DNA of 64,000 nt, from the NCBI GenBank assembly GCA_026991225.1, contig JALXCB010000112.1:1917-65916 (forward strand), written 5' to 3'. The translations under genes and the position numbers were made by a program. Below are positions 32,449 to 41,871 of the stretch, in pieces (position 1 is the stretch's first letter; each line of letters begins with the position of its first letter). Under the pieces are notes generated by a model. The model did not search any database. It was not told the origin of the DNA and saw nothing but the letters and a program-made list of their open reading frames with translations. The stretch comes from Anaerolineae bacterium. GTDB lineage: Bacteria > Chloroflexota > Anaerolineae > J102.

Positions 32449-34845
32449 CTACGGTTGCCACGATAACGCCCGCTTCACTGCTTCGTACGCGTCGACGACG
32501 CCGTAGCCGAAGCTGGCTTCGGGCCGTTGGTTGGGATCGCCGCACTCGTCCTGCATCCCGCGGTAATCCTGCACGCTTTCCAAAAGGATGCGCTCGGTGG
32601 CCTCGACTTCGCCGCGCAGGGCCGGATTGGCCGACCACATGAGCGCGACGACGCCCGCGACATGGGGCGCGGCCATGCTCGTGCCTGCGGCGCGCTTCCA
32701 TCCGCCTTGCGGCCACGCGCCCAACACGTCCACGCCGGGCGCGATGAGGTCCGGCCCGCGAGCGCCGTCCGGAGAGAGGGTTTCGGGCCCGCGGCTGGAG
32801 AATTCGGCCAGATTTCCGTCGGGCTTCATGGCCCCCACGGTGAGGATGGTGTTGCTGTAATTGCCGGGCGGGGTCTGTTCCGAATTGCAGGCCGGGCCGT
32901 CGTTGCCCGCGGCCGCCACGAAGAAAATGCCCGCCGCGCGCAGGGCTTTTGTCGCCGGCCACAGGACAAACTCATCGCAGCCTTCCAGCCGGGGCGGGCA
33001 TCCCCATGAATTCGTGCTCACGTCCGAGGCCAGGTCGGGACGCCCATCCTGGAAAGGATCGCCATCCAGGGGCCAGGGCGCCAGCATGAATTGCATGCAC
33101 GTGAGGTAATAGGCGGGGCTGCCGAAGGCCCGCACCAGGTTGGCGCACGCGAACCATTCCGCATCGGGCGCGACGCCCACGTTCATGTCGCCCAGGACGG
33201 TGGAGAGCGTATGGGTGCCGTGGCCGTTAGCGTCGTATGGGCGGGTGACGCCATACCAGGGATCGAACCAATTGTAGTCGTGCGTGTTCATGCGCTTGCC
33301 GCGATAGCTGGCCGCCAGGGCCTTGTGGGTGAATTCGACGCCCGAATCGGACTGGCCCACGACGACGCCCGCACCCCGCACGCCGAACTCCTCCCACACC
33401 TGGGGGACGTGCATGGCCTCCAGTCCCCAGGTGGGACCCTCGGGCGGCGAAGCGTCGCCCGGCTCCAGGGGCGGCGGCTCGGGAATGGGGCGGAGTTCGG
33501 GGGAGTAGAGAATGCGTTCCACGTCTGGGCGACGGGCGATCTGCCAGCGACGCAGGGCCGAGGCGTGGACTTCGACGCCGTTGGTGATGTAGTAGGGGGT
33601 GTAGGGGATGCCGCGGGCGTCCAGCCAGGCCCGCAGGTCGGTTTGGGTGGATTCAGCGTGATCGACCAGGGTCTCATAGACCCACTGCCGCCGTTGGTCC
33701 ACGTCGGCGATCTCGCGGGCGGGCGTGAGGTCGGCCTGCGATTTCATCACCACGAAGAAATCATCGCCGAAGAAGCCGGGCTGTCCGGCCAGTACATACA
33801 CGCCCATGGCGATGGCCGCGGTCGCTCCCGCCGCGGCCAGCCAGACTTTGCCCAGACGGGGACGCAACAGCCGGTCGGCGAGGATGAAGCTCAGCAGGCT
33901 GGCGATGACGCCCCAGAGCGCGCTCCAGCTCAGGGCTACATAGGCCCATTTGGCCGCTTCCTGCGTGATCAGATTGTAGAGGTTGAGTTCGATGGGATCG
34001 ACGAAAGCCAACGGCCCGAACGCGGCCAGTCCGACCAGCGCCAGCCCCGCGCCGACGGGATAGCGGGCGTGGCGCATCCCGAACAGGGCCAGGGGGAAGG
34101 CCAGCAGGGGCAGCAACGCCATCAACAGGGCCTGATAATCCATCTGGCCCCAACTGCCGCCGATGAGGAAGAACGCGGTTCCCAGGCCCAGGCCGCCCCA
34201 GAGGAGATTGTAGCGCACGCGGGGCGAAGTGCGGGCCAGTTGGGGCATGAGGAAGGCGCTGAGGCCCGCCAGCGTCAGGGCCAGGGCCAGGGCCTGCACC
34301 CCATCCACGCACACGTCCCAGCCGTTGCCCAGCGCCCCGAACCGCAGCCAGGGGATGAGGAAGAGGAGTCCGGTCAGCAGGGCCAGGCCCAGGGCGGCCA
34401 GGTCGCATCGACCGAGAAAGCCTTGTCGCCTGGCCGCGGCCAGGAGCAAGCCCCCCAAGAGGAAACCCAGGCCCGATCGCAGCAGGATGGGCGCGTAGGA
34501 GGCGACAGGCGGGAAGACCGCGCGGGGGATGAGAAAGAGCGCGGCTGCCAGCGTCGCCCAAAGCAGGGTGGTTATCAGCGCCCGCGGGCGAGGGGCCTGG
34601 ATCAACAATCCCAGCAGCAAGGGAAGCCCGACCACGGGGACGATGATCAGGCCCAGGGCGAGGATGGTTGGCTGGGAGATGGTCATTTTGGTGACATCGC
34701 CCATCCAGGCTGCGCCCAGGGTGCCGCCCAGGATGACCAGCGTCCAGAAGCCGGTCCAACCCATGAGGGCGAGGGCGGCGATCCAGGTCAGGGTGGAGGC
34801 GGATTGGTTGGCGGTTGGGGTGGCGGGGGCGGGTGGTGTGGTCAT
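32449..34845 (-). CDS. membrane-embedded S8 (subtilisin-like) serine peptidase
   Basis: A polytopic N-terminal half (~400 aa, many TM helices) followed by an S8 domain: VVGQSDSG (Asp), GHGTHT (His), GTSMAAPHVAG (Ser). ATG 34845 forms an ATGA overlap with the upstream stop; ATG 34860 is an alternative. Confidence 0.85.
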   Translation of the reverse strand: MTTPPAPATPTANQSASTLTWIAALALMGWTGFWTLVILGGTLGAAWMGDVTKMTISQPTILALGLIIVPVVGLPLLLGLLIQAPRPRALITTLLWATLAAALFLIPRAVFPPVASYAPILLRSGLGFLLGGLLLAAARRQGFLGRCDLAALGLALLTGLLFLIPWLRFGALGNGWDVCVDGVQALALALTLAGLSAFLMPQLARTSPRVRYNLLWGGLGLGTAFFLIGGSWGQMDYQALLMALLPLLAFPLALFGMRHARYPVGAGLALVGLAAFGPLAFVDPIELNLYNLITQEAAKWAYVALSWSALWGVIASLLSFILADRLLRPRLGKVWLAAAGATAAIAMGVYVLAGQPGFFGDDFFVVMKSQADLTPAREIADVDQRRQWVYETLVDHAESTQTDLRAWLDARGIPYTPYYITNGVEVHASALRRWQIARRPDVERILYSPELRPIPEPPPLEPGDASPPEGPTWGLEAMHVPQVWEEFGVRGAGVVVGQSDSGVEFTHKALAASYRGKRMNTHDYNWFDPWYGVTRPYDANGHGTHTLSTVLGDMNVGVAPDAEWFACANLVRAFGSPAYYLTCMQFMLAPWPLDGDPFQDGRPDLASDVSTNSWGCPPRLEGCDEFVLWPATKALRAAGIFFVAAAGNDGPACNSEQTPPGNYSNTILTVGAMKPDGNLAEFSSRGPETLSPDGARGPDLIAPGVDVLGAWPQGGWKRAAGTSMAAPHVAGVVALMWSANPALRGEVEATERILLESVQDYRGMQDECGDPNQRPEASFGYGVVDAYEAVKRALSWQP

Positions 34846-35465
34846 GGCAGGGTCTGACATGGGAGACGGTTGTGGGGCGTAGGAGAGAGGAAGAGGTTGC
34901 CTTTGAGGTAGAAGCGCCAGGGGCGGTTGAGGGCGAGATCGTCCCCGCGTACGCCCACGCGCGGCCCGGCGCAGATGGGCTCCGCGGGCGGGCGGCCTGC
35001 TTCCAGCCACAGCGTTTCGCCCAGGCAGAGATCATGCCCGTCCAGCCGCTTGTCGATGCCCAGGGCCTGGCACAGCTTGCCCGGGCCGTTGGTGAGCCGC
35101 CGGTCGGGAACGCCCCCGCGGCGGGCGCGCATGATCTCGATCCCTTCCAGCGGCTCCAGCGCCCGGATGAGCACGGCCTGGCCGTCGCCCTCCGGGCCGG
35201 TGACGATGTTCAGGCAGTGGTGCATCCCGTAGATGAGGTAGACGTAGGCGTGGCCGGGCGGGCCGAACATGCTGCGGTTGCGAGGCGTGGGCCCGCGAAA
35301 GGCGTGGGAGGCGGCGTCTTCGGAGCCGAGATAGGCTTCCACCTCGACGATGCGGCCGGTGAGGCGGCGCCCTTCTATCTCACGCACCAGCACTTTCCCC
35401 AACAGGTCAGGAGCCACCTCAACGGCGGAGCGGGCATAGAAGGCGCGGGGGAGAGGGTTAGTCAT
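34842..35465 (-). CDS. DNA-3-methyladenine glycosylase (MPG/AAG family)
   Basis: ATG 35465 gives MTNPLPRAFY...LLGKVLVRE..GRIVEVEAYLG..DAASHAF.G.TPRN..MFGPPGHAYVYLIYGMHHCLNIV, the characteristic MPG family core. Confidence 0.88.
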   Translation of the reverse strand: MTNPLPRAFYARSAVEVAPDLLGKVLVREIEGRRLTGRIVEVEAYLGSEDAASHAFRGPTPRNRSMFGPPGHAYVYLIYGMHHCLNIVTGPEGDGQAVLIRALEPLEGIEIMRARRGGVPDRRLTNGPGKLCQALGIDKRLDGHDLCLGETLWLEAGRPPAEPICAGPRVGVRGDDLALNRPWRFYLKGNLFLSPTPHNRLPCQTLP

Positions 35466-35748
35466 GCTTCCCTCCCACCACGGGCATGACGATGTGAACG
35501 ACGTCGCCATGTTGCAGACGGACGCTTTCGTAATGGGGCTGCGTGACGGGCCGACCGCGGACGAAGATGATGTACGGGAATTCCCGGCCCAGGTCATCCC
35601 CCCGAAAAGCGGTTTCGAAGCCGGGATAGCTCTCCGCCAGGGCAGCGAGCATGTCGGCGAGGGTGGCGTCTTCGGGCAGGGACAGGGTGATGCGGCGCGA
35701 ACCCACGGTTTTGCGCAGAGGGTCGCCAAAACGGACGGTGATTTCCAT
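35458..35748 (-). CDS. MoaD/ThiS-like beta-grasp (ubiquitin-like) protein with GG followed by a 3-residue extension
   Basis: ATG 35748 gives MEITVRFGDPLRK...RLQHGDVVHIVMPVVGGKHD. 8-nt overlap with the glycosylase gene. Confidence 0.65.
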   Translation of the reverse strand: MEITVRFGDPLRKTVGSRRITLSLPEDATLADMLAALAESYPGFETAFRGDDLGREFPYIIFVRGRPVTQPHYESVRLQHGDVVHIVMPVVGGKHD

Positions 35749-36016
35749 GGTCGATGATGGGTTCATGCCGGAAAAAGATGTCAGGAGGCGTTGATAAGAT
35801 GAAGGAAAAAGCCGAATATGATCATTTTGTCATCATTTTATCTCATTTTTTCAAGCAATTTTCACGTTGGTTCGCGATACTGTAATCAGGATTGATTCAT
35901 TGCGGTATTCATCGTTCGGAGATCTTTTCATCATGACCGTTCTTATCCTCATTGTTATCGGCGCATTGCTGGCCTGGACCTTCCTCCAGGATGCCAGCGC
36001 GCCCCGATAGCGGCTC

Positions 36017-36859
36017 TTATCCAGGTTGGGAACTGGCCCGGGCGATGGCTCGGTCCAATGTTTCTCGAATAAGGTGTGCAGAGAGGGCGAGAGAAAAGAG
36101 TGGGGAAGAGGCTCGGGGCTGCGGACACATCCGTTGGGCGAGGCGGACCGCAGCCTCGATAGCCTCGCGTCCAGGGGCGGAGCCGATGAGGTCGGTCAGG
36201 GCCTCTTCGCACGCGTCGGGCCAGGCGTCGCCCGCAGCCAGGGCCAGGCGGGCGGCGGTGATGACGCGAGCGTCGGGGTCGATGACCAGCCAGGCCGCGG
36301 CGGCCCAGGCGTCGGGCTGAAGCGCGCCCAGATCGGCTTCCCGCCAGAGGGCGCTGGTTGCGCCTGCGGGCCCGGCCGCGAAGCGCACGTTGAGCAGCAG
36401 GTGGGGCGCTTCGGGCGGGGTGAGGATGGCGTCTTTCAGGGGGAACAGAACCCGTTCCACCGCGTGGTTCTGCGCCCGCACCGCCATCTCTACCCGCGCG
36501 TCCAGCGCGGTCAGGGCCAGGAGGATGGGGTTGTCGAGGTGCTCCGGAGTCAGGTTGTGGATGAGCGCGCCGCCGGGAAGGTCGTCTTCCTGCAGGCGGC
36601 AGGCGTCCACCAGACAGGCGGCCGCGGGCCACAGCAGCCGGGAGCGGATGAGGGCGGCGTGGGGCGTGTTGACGCCGATGATCATCTCCCCGCCCGCGCG
36701 CTGGATGCCGGACATGGCGCTCAACCGGCTGGCGTCCAGGATGAGGGCGTGGGGATGGGGGTTGGGGGGCGGTCCGCCCGCGGTGATCTGGACGAGCGCG
36801 GGCCGGGCCAGGATGTCCAGGGCCTCTTCCAGGGTGTTTGGGCGGAAGATAATGGTCAT
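36017..36859 (-). CDS. FAD-binding subunit-like protein (CoxM/XdhB, FAD_binding_5-like), divergent
   Basis: 280 aa. MTIIFRPNTLEEALDILARP and the overall Ala/Leu-rich pattern resemble medium subunits of molybdo-hydroxylases. No large or small subunit genes lie adjacent. Confidence 0.5.
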   Translation of the reverse strand: MTIIFRPNTLEEALDILARPALVQITAGGPPPNPHPHALILDASRLSAMSGIQRAGGEMIIGVNTPHAALIRSRLLWPAAACLVDACRLQEDDLPGGALIHNLTPEHLDNPILLALTALDARVEMAVRAQNHAVERVLFPLKDAILTPPEAPHLLLNVRFAAGPAGATSALWREADLGALQPDAWAAAAWLVIDPDARVITAARLALAAGDAWPDACEEALTDLIGSAPGREAIEAAVRLAQRMCPQPRASSPLFSLALSAHLIRETLDRAIARASSQPG

Positions 36860-38025
36860 GTAGCCAGGATGTCGTCGTACAGGGCGAGGAGCTTGGCCAT
36901 TTCCTGTTCGGCGTTGAGCTCTTTGGCGGCTTCCAGCGACCGTTGTTTCATGATCTCGATGGCTTCGAGCGAGAGGGCGTTGATCATGCGGGCCAGGGTT
37001 TCGGGGGCGAAGTCGGGAGCGATGACGCCCAGGCCATATTTTTCGACGATGGCGGCCATCGCGGGCGAGGGGCCGATGGCCACGGCCAGCCCGGCCATGA
37101 TGAATTCGAAGAATTTGTTGGGCAGGGTCATCTCATAGCTGTAGTTGACCGGAGGCAGCAGGTGGATGCCGATATCGTACGCGTGGATGGTGCGGGCGAT
37201 CTCGGCTGGAGGGACCGTCTCGCGGAAGTGGATGCGGTCGGGGGCGCGGGACTGGGCCAGGGCCTGAAGCTCCTCCAGATAGCCGTCGCCTTTGGAGCGA
37301 AGCATGAAGTCGAGGGTGAAGCGGGCGTCGAGCCGGGCCAACGCGTCGATCATGATCTCCAGGCGGCGTTCGCGGATGGCCGTGCCGTGATGGATGAGGC
37401 GGATGCGGTGGGGATCGACGGGTCGGAAGGGAAGGGCCTGGTAGGAGGGGATGTTGCGGATGACGCCCACCGGGCGGCCCAGCTCCTTTTCGTAGCGCCG
37501 GGCGATGTGCGCTTCGACCGTGATCATGGCGTCGGCCTGGGGCGCGTAGCGGTGGATGAGGTGGGTGTAGAGGGGTTGGGCCAGGATGCGCCACCACAGG
37601 GAGTTGGCCCGATGGTCGGGGCTGTATTCGTGGGCGTCGAACAGGACTTTGGCGCCCGTTTGTCGGGCGGCTTCGATGGCGATGGGCAGGCCGATGGCCT
37701 CGTTGGCGTGGATGAGGTCGGGTTGAGAAGCGATGACGGCCTGCAGGGCCTGGTGATGGTCGGGCTTGGCCCAATACCATTGTTCGAAGGCCCGGGGCGT
37801 GAGGCGACCTCCCAGCATCCGGGCGGCCTGCAAGGCCCGTTGCGGCGGCGGCAGGATCACTCGCTGCACGGGCCGCATGGTCACATGGGGCCGCTCCCGG
37901 TCGAGATGGCCCCATCCCACCACGGTGATGTCGTACCGGCGGGCGGCGAAGTCGATCTGGCGGAGGACGCGGCTGTCACGGTGGATGACGGAGAGGGAGA
38001 GGATGGTGAGTCGGGGACGGGGCAT
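36856..38025 (-). CDS. glycosyltransferase (GT4-like, GT-B fold)
   Basis: 389 aa. RLTILSLSVIHRDSRVLRQ..., a C-terminal E-x7-E-like region (PNKFFEFIMAGLAV). 4-nt overlap with the downstream gene. Confidence 0.8.
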   Translation of the reverse strand: MPRPRLTILSLSVIHRDSRVLRQIDFAARRYDITVVGWGHLDRERPHVTMRPVQRVILPPPQRALQAARMLGGRLTPRAFEQWYWAKPDHHQALQAVIASQPDLIHANEAIGLPIAIEAARQTGAKVLFDAHEYSPDHRANSLWWRILAQPLYTHLIHRYAPQADAMITVEAHIARRYEKELGRPVGVIRNIPSYQALPFRPVDPHRIRLIHHGTAIRERRLEIMIDALARLDARFTLDFMLRSKGDGYLEELQALAQSRAPDRIHFRETVPPAEIARTIHAYDIGIHLLPPVNYSYEMTLPNKFFEFIMAGLAVAIGPSPAMAAIVEKYGLGVIAPDFAPETLARMINALSLEAIEIMKQRSLEAAKELNAEQEMAKLLALYDDILAT

Positions 38026-38026
38026 G

Positions 38027-39031
38027 TCAGCGGGTGGGCCGGAGGGTGCGGGCGGCGCGGGCCATCCCGCGCAGACGGTTGAAGAAGGCGCTGCCGGGTA
38101 TGGAGACGAGCAGGAGGATCAGGGCGCGCAGGTTGCGTTTGTCCCAGCGCAGGGCTTGTTTCCAGGCCGCGCGGGCCTGGGCCATTTCGCCCTGGTAGGC
38201 GAGATGACGGCCTGCGGCCTCATAGTGGGCGCTGATGGCTTCATCGAAACGGCGCGGCTCGATCCGATGGCCGAGATGGCGGCGCAGCAAGAGCAGCGTA
38301 TCGACGTGCCGCAGATTGGGGGCGGCCACGTCGTCGTAAATGTGTTGGGTGACGCCCCCCGCGTGGCGCTGATACACGCCCATGACCTCATCGATGTAGC
38401 CGATGTCGCCGTGCGCGGCGTTGAGGATATGGAGAGGCCAGTCCGCGTAGCGGGTTTCCCGGAACCAGTCGGGCAGGGGGTGGTGTTCGGGCCGGTTGCG
38501 GAACATGACCGAGAGCGCGGCGATGGAGTTGTGCCGCATCACGTCGCGCAGGCGATAGACGGGCTTGCGTCCGGGCGGGCGGACGGTGCGAATGCGCTGG
38601 CCCTGGGCGTCCACTTCATCCACAGCGTGAAAGCAGAGTGCGTAGTCGGGATGGGCGTCGAGCAGGTCGGCCTGTTTTTGCAATTTGCGGGGGTCGGTCC
38701 AGTAGTCGTCCCCATCCAGCAGGGCGACGTACTGGCCCCGGGCTGCGTTCAGGTTCTGGATGAAGTTGTAGCGCCCGGTGGGCCGCCCGCCCAGATAAAT
38801 CACGTCTTCGCGGGAGCGCAGGAAGAGACGGATGCGGTCGGGATAGCGGCGGGCGTAGTCGATGCAGATCTCACGCGTCCCGTCCGAGCTCTCGTCCTCG
38901 CCCAGGATGATTTCATAGTCGAAGTCGGTTTCCTGCATGAGGACGCTATCCAGGGCGCGGGCGATGTAGGGCGCGTGGTTGTAGGTTTGCAGGCAGACGC
39001 TGACTTTGATGGGGTATGGTTCAGCGTTCAT
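38027..39031 (-). CDS. glycosyltransferase family 2 with C-terminal helical (TPR-like) extension
   Basis: VSVCLQTYNHAPYIARALDSVLMQETDFDYEIILGEDESSDGT (GT-A with DxD-like EDE). Confidence 0.88.
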   Translation of the reverse strand: MNAEPYPIKVSVCLQTYNHAPYIARALDSVLMQETDFDYEIILGEDESSDGTREICIDYARRYPDRIRLFLRSREDVIYLGGRPTGRYNFIQNLNAARGQYVALLDGDDYWTDPRKLQKQADLLDAHPDYALCFHAVDEVDAQGQRIRTVRPPGRKPVYRLRDVMRHNSIAALSVMFRNRPEHHPLPDWFRETRYADWPLHILNAAHGDIGYIDEVMGVYQRHAGGVTQHIYDDVAAPNLRHVDTLLLLRRHLGHRIEPRRFDEAISAHYEAAGRHLAYQGEMAQARAAWKQALRWDKRNLRALILLLVSIPGSAFFNRLRGMARAARTLRPTR

Positions 39032-40232
39032 TTTCCATGGCCCGGGTGATGTCGTGGCCGTGAGCTACGGCGAAGCGGATCAGCCCGGCGATGCGTTCGA
39101 TGGCGCCCTCGTCTACGGCTGTGCCCGTAGGCAGGGAGAGCACCCGATCTACCAGGCGCTCGGTTTCGGGGAGCAGCAGCCCGGCGTGGGGATAGAGGGA
39201 GCGGTAGGGCTCCATGCGGTGGACGCCAGGGTAGAAATAGCGCCGGGCGCGGACGCGTTCGGCATGGAGCAGGCGCATGAGCAGGTCGCGATGGATGCCC
39301 GTGACCTCTGCGTCGATCTCCAGGACGATGTACTGGTAGTTGTTGCGCTCCTGGTCGTCGTAGGCGATCATGTCCACGCCGGGGATGTCGGCCAGATGGG
39401 CGCGGTAGGCCTCGTAGTTGCGGCGGTTGATGGCGATGAACGCGTCCAGGCTGTCCAGGGCGGTGAGTCCGGCCGCGGCCGTAAACTCGTGCATCTTGCC
39501 ATTCGTGCCGATGTAGATGACGTTATCCATGCCCGCGAAGCCGAAATTCCGCATCAGCCGCAGCTTCTCGGCCAGGGCGTCGTCGTTGGTGGCGATGGCG
39601 CCGCCTTCGAAGGCGTTGAAGAATTTGGTGGCGTGGAAGCTGAAGACCTCGGCCTGGCCAAACCGCCCGATCATGCGCCCGCGGTGGCTGACGCCGAAGG
39701 CGTGGGCCGCATCGAACAGCAAGGCGAGGTTGTGTTTGCGGGCGATGGCCTCCAGGGCTTCGATGTCGCAGGGCCGCCCCCACACGTGCACGCCGATGAC
39801 GCCCGTGGTGCGGGGGGTGATCATCCGCTCGATGCGGGCGGGGTCCAGGTTGTGGGTGGCGGGGTCGATGTCGCTGAAGACGGGCGTGATCTCCTGCCAT
39901 TGCAGGGCGTGGGCCGTGGCCACGAAGGTGAAGGCGGGAACGATGACTTCGCCTTGCAGGCCCAGGGCGCGGATGACCAGTTCCAGGCCGATGGTGGCGT
40001 TGACCACGGTCACGACGTGTTTCACGCCCAGGAACTCGGCCAAACGCGCTTCGAATTCCTGGACCACAGGCCCGTTGTTGGTCAGCCAGCGGCGGTCGAG
40101 GATGGCGTTGAGCCGGGCGATGAGCTTGTCCCGGTCGCCGATGTTGGGCCGGCCCACATGCAGCATCTCGTCGAAGGCGGGTTCGCCTCCGAACAGGGCC
40201 AGGTCGGTAAGGGTATGTTTGGGGTTCGTCAT
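39021..40232 (-). CDS. DegT/DnrJ/EryC1/StrS-family sugar aminotransferase
   Basis: ATG 40232 (MTNPKHTL...). NNGPVVQEFEARLAEFLG, and FSFHATKFF containing the PLP lysine. Confidence 0.9.
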   Translation of the reverse strand: MTNPKHTLTDLALFGGEPAFDEMLHVGRPNIGDRDKLIARLNAILDRRWLTNNGPVVQEFEARLAEFLGVKHVVTVVNATIGLELVIRALGLQGEVIVPAFTFVATAHALQWQEITPVFSDIDPATHNLDPARIERMITPRTTGVIGVHVWGRPCDIEALEAIARKHNLALLFDAAHAFGVSHRGRMIGRFGQAEVFSFHATKFFNAFEGGAIATNDDALAEKLRLMRNFGFAGMDNVIYIGTNGKMHEFTAAAGLTALDSLDAFIAINRRNYEAYRAHLADIPGVDMIAYDDQERNNYQYIVLEIDAEVTGIHRDLLMRLLHAERVRARRYFYPGVHRMEPYRSLYPHAGLLLPETERLVDRVLSLPTGTAVDEGAIERIAGLIRFAVAHGHDITRAMENER

Positions 40233-40345
40233 GGGGATTGGGGAGGGTGTGTCGACCGGGAAACCGGGAGACCGGTACACCAGAAAACCAGGAAACCCGT
40301 AGACCGGCGCCGGCTCATCATTTTACAGATATCGGCGAAGTAGAG

Positions 40346-41044
40346 TCATGTGTGTTGTTCCAGATGCGCCCGCACCTGGGCGGGGTCGTTCCACATGAGG
40401 ACGTCGATGATGGAGAGGTGGGGGATGAATTCGTAGCCGGGGGTGGGGTATTCCAGCGGTGGCAAGTTGCGGATGGTGAGTTTGACGCCGGCGCGGGCGT
40501 ATTTCTGCGGGTCGTAAAGGCCTTTGCCGCCGGGCGGGTTGACGTATTCGTCCGCGCCCAGGGCCAGGGCGATCTGCAAGGCCCAGTCGTCGGGCGCGTG
40601 GATGGGGCCCAAGGTCAGGTCCATCTCTGAAAAGTAGCGGTAGGTGAAGGGGATGGCGAGGTAGTCGCACACGGCTTCCAGACAGCGCACGTTCAGTCGG
40701 GCGATGGCGGCGTCGCCCGCGTGCAGACAATCTTTCACCAGAGCGATGACGTCTTTGTAGAAAGGAGCGTGACGCCTGTAATGATCGAGCTGGCCCAGGA
40801 TTTTCTCCCGCCAGGGGTGGGTTTCGGCGATGCGAATGGCCTCGATGGGCGTGGCGCGGGCGTGTTTTTGCACAGGGACGGTGATGTATTGCCAGCCCGA
40901 CTGCTGATGCAACACCCGGTTGCGGTTGATCCAACCGCGGGTGTATTGCACGGTGTCGAACACGATCCAGAGGTCGGTCTGGAAGATGAGGTCGAAGTAG
41001 CCCAGGTAGGGGAAGAAATAGGGCTGCATGAGGCCGAGTTTCAT
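40346..41044 (-). CDS. WbqC-family protein
   Basis: MKLGLMQPYFFPYLGYFDLI... is the canonical WbqC-like N-terminus. 232 aa. Confidence 0.85.
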   Translation of the reverse strand: MKLGLMQPYFFPYLGYFDLIFQTDLWIVFDTVQYTRGWINRNRVLHQQSGWQYITVPVQKHARATPIEAIRIAETHPWREKILGQLDHYRRHAPFYKDVIALVKDCLHAGDAAIARLNVRCLEAVCDYLAIPFTYRYFSEMDLTLGPIHAPDDWALQIALALGADEYVNPPGGKGLYDPQKYARAGVKLTIRNLPPLEYPTPGYEFIPHLSIIDVLMWNDPAQVRAHLEQHT

Positions 41045-41868
41045 GCCAGAAAGCGCTCCAGTGGGGTTCCTTGCACGTCATTGAGGATGGCGCGGGCGAT
41101 GCGCGGGTCGAGTTCCCGCCGCCAGCGGGCCGCCCGGTCGGGGCGCTTGAGCACAGCGTAGGGATCGGGATCGTGGCCGCTGCGGCTGAGGCGGATGAAT
41201 TCGCGGGTCTGCGGGGGCAGGGTCAGGCCGACGAAGTCGAACAGGGCCGCAATCTGCGCCTCGGGCCGGGCGATGAGGTCTTCGTAGCGAATCAGACGGA
41301 ACTGGTGGGGATGCGTGCGTTCCAGGTCGAGAAACATGGTGGCGACTTCTTTCCATTTTTCGAAGCCGTTGTATTCTTCGATGCGGCCCGCGTTCTTTTT
41401 GGGCGCGTCACGCCATTCCTCCAGGGGATCCCAGCCGGGGCGAAATTCCTTGGGGGCCTGCAGCCAGGAATTGATGACCGCGCAGGGGTGGCGCACGATG
41501 CCGATGATGCGGATGCCGGGCGCGCTTTCCAAAAAGAGGGGAATGAGGTGATGGTAGCGCACCATCTTCATTACAAGAAAGGATGGATGGGGCGACTTCT
41601 GCGCCCGGGCCCAGAAATCGGCCAGGGCCGCCTTGCGCTCTTCATCCAGAATGAAGGGATCATCCCGCACCGCGTACAATTCCTGCAGGAATTGGATCAC
41701 CTCGTCCGGGCTGGAGTCCGCGTGCAGGCGGTCTTTGAACCGGTAGGCGAAGAGGGGTTGCAGGCGATAGGCCACGTCGGGATGGCTGGCGAAGACCTGG
41801 CCCAGCCAGGAGGTGCCGGAGCGGGGGACGCCGTGGATGGAGACGATCTGGAAATCGAGTTCGGGCAT
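41041..41868 (-). CDS. sulfotransferase family protein
   Basis: 5'-PSB-like loop HGVPRSGTSWLGQV and 3'-PB-like IVRHPCAVINSW. 275 aa. Confidence 0.8.
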   Translation of the reverse strand: MPELDFQIVSIHGVPRSGTSWLGQVFASHPDVAYRLQPLFAYRFKDRLHADSSPDEVIQFLQELYAVRDDPFILDEERKAALADFWARAQKSPHPSFLVMKMVRYHHLIPLFLESAPGIRIIGIVRHPCAVINSWLQAPKEFRPGWDPLEEWRDAPKKNAGRIEEYNGFEKWKEVATMFLDLERTHPHQFRLIRYEDLIARPEAQIAALFDFVGLTLPPQTREFIRLSRSGHDPDPYAVLKRPDRAARWRRELDPRIARAILNDVQGTPLERFLA

Positions 41869-41871
41869 GGG

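Noticed and set aside
32475-32962. Minus-strand ORFs in alternative frames within the S8 gene 3' region (179 aa, 62 aa).
   Set aside because: They overlap the S8 catalytic-domain frame (GTSMAAPHVAG), and their translations are Arg/Gly/Pro-rich artefacts.
33091-34857. 588-aa plus-strand ORF.
   Set aside because: It is antisense to the S8 peptidase gene, which has the D/H/S catalytic motifs. Its translation is Gly/Arg/Ala/Gln low complexity.
35933-36010. 25-aa hydrophobic mini-ORF (MTVLILIVIGALLAWTFLQDASAPR) in the AT-rich spacer upstream of the MoaD-like operon.
   Set aside because: No ribosome-binding site is evident, it is antisense to the operon's direction, and it is too short to support without conservation or expression data.
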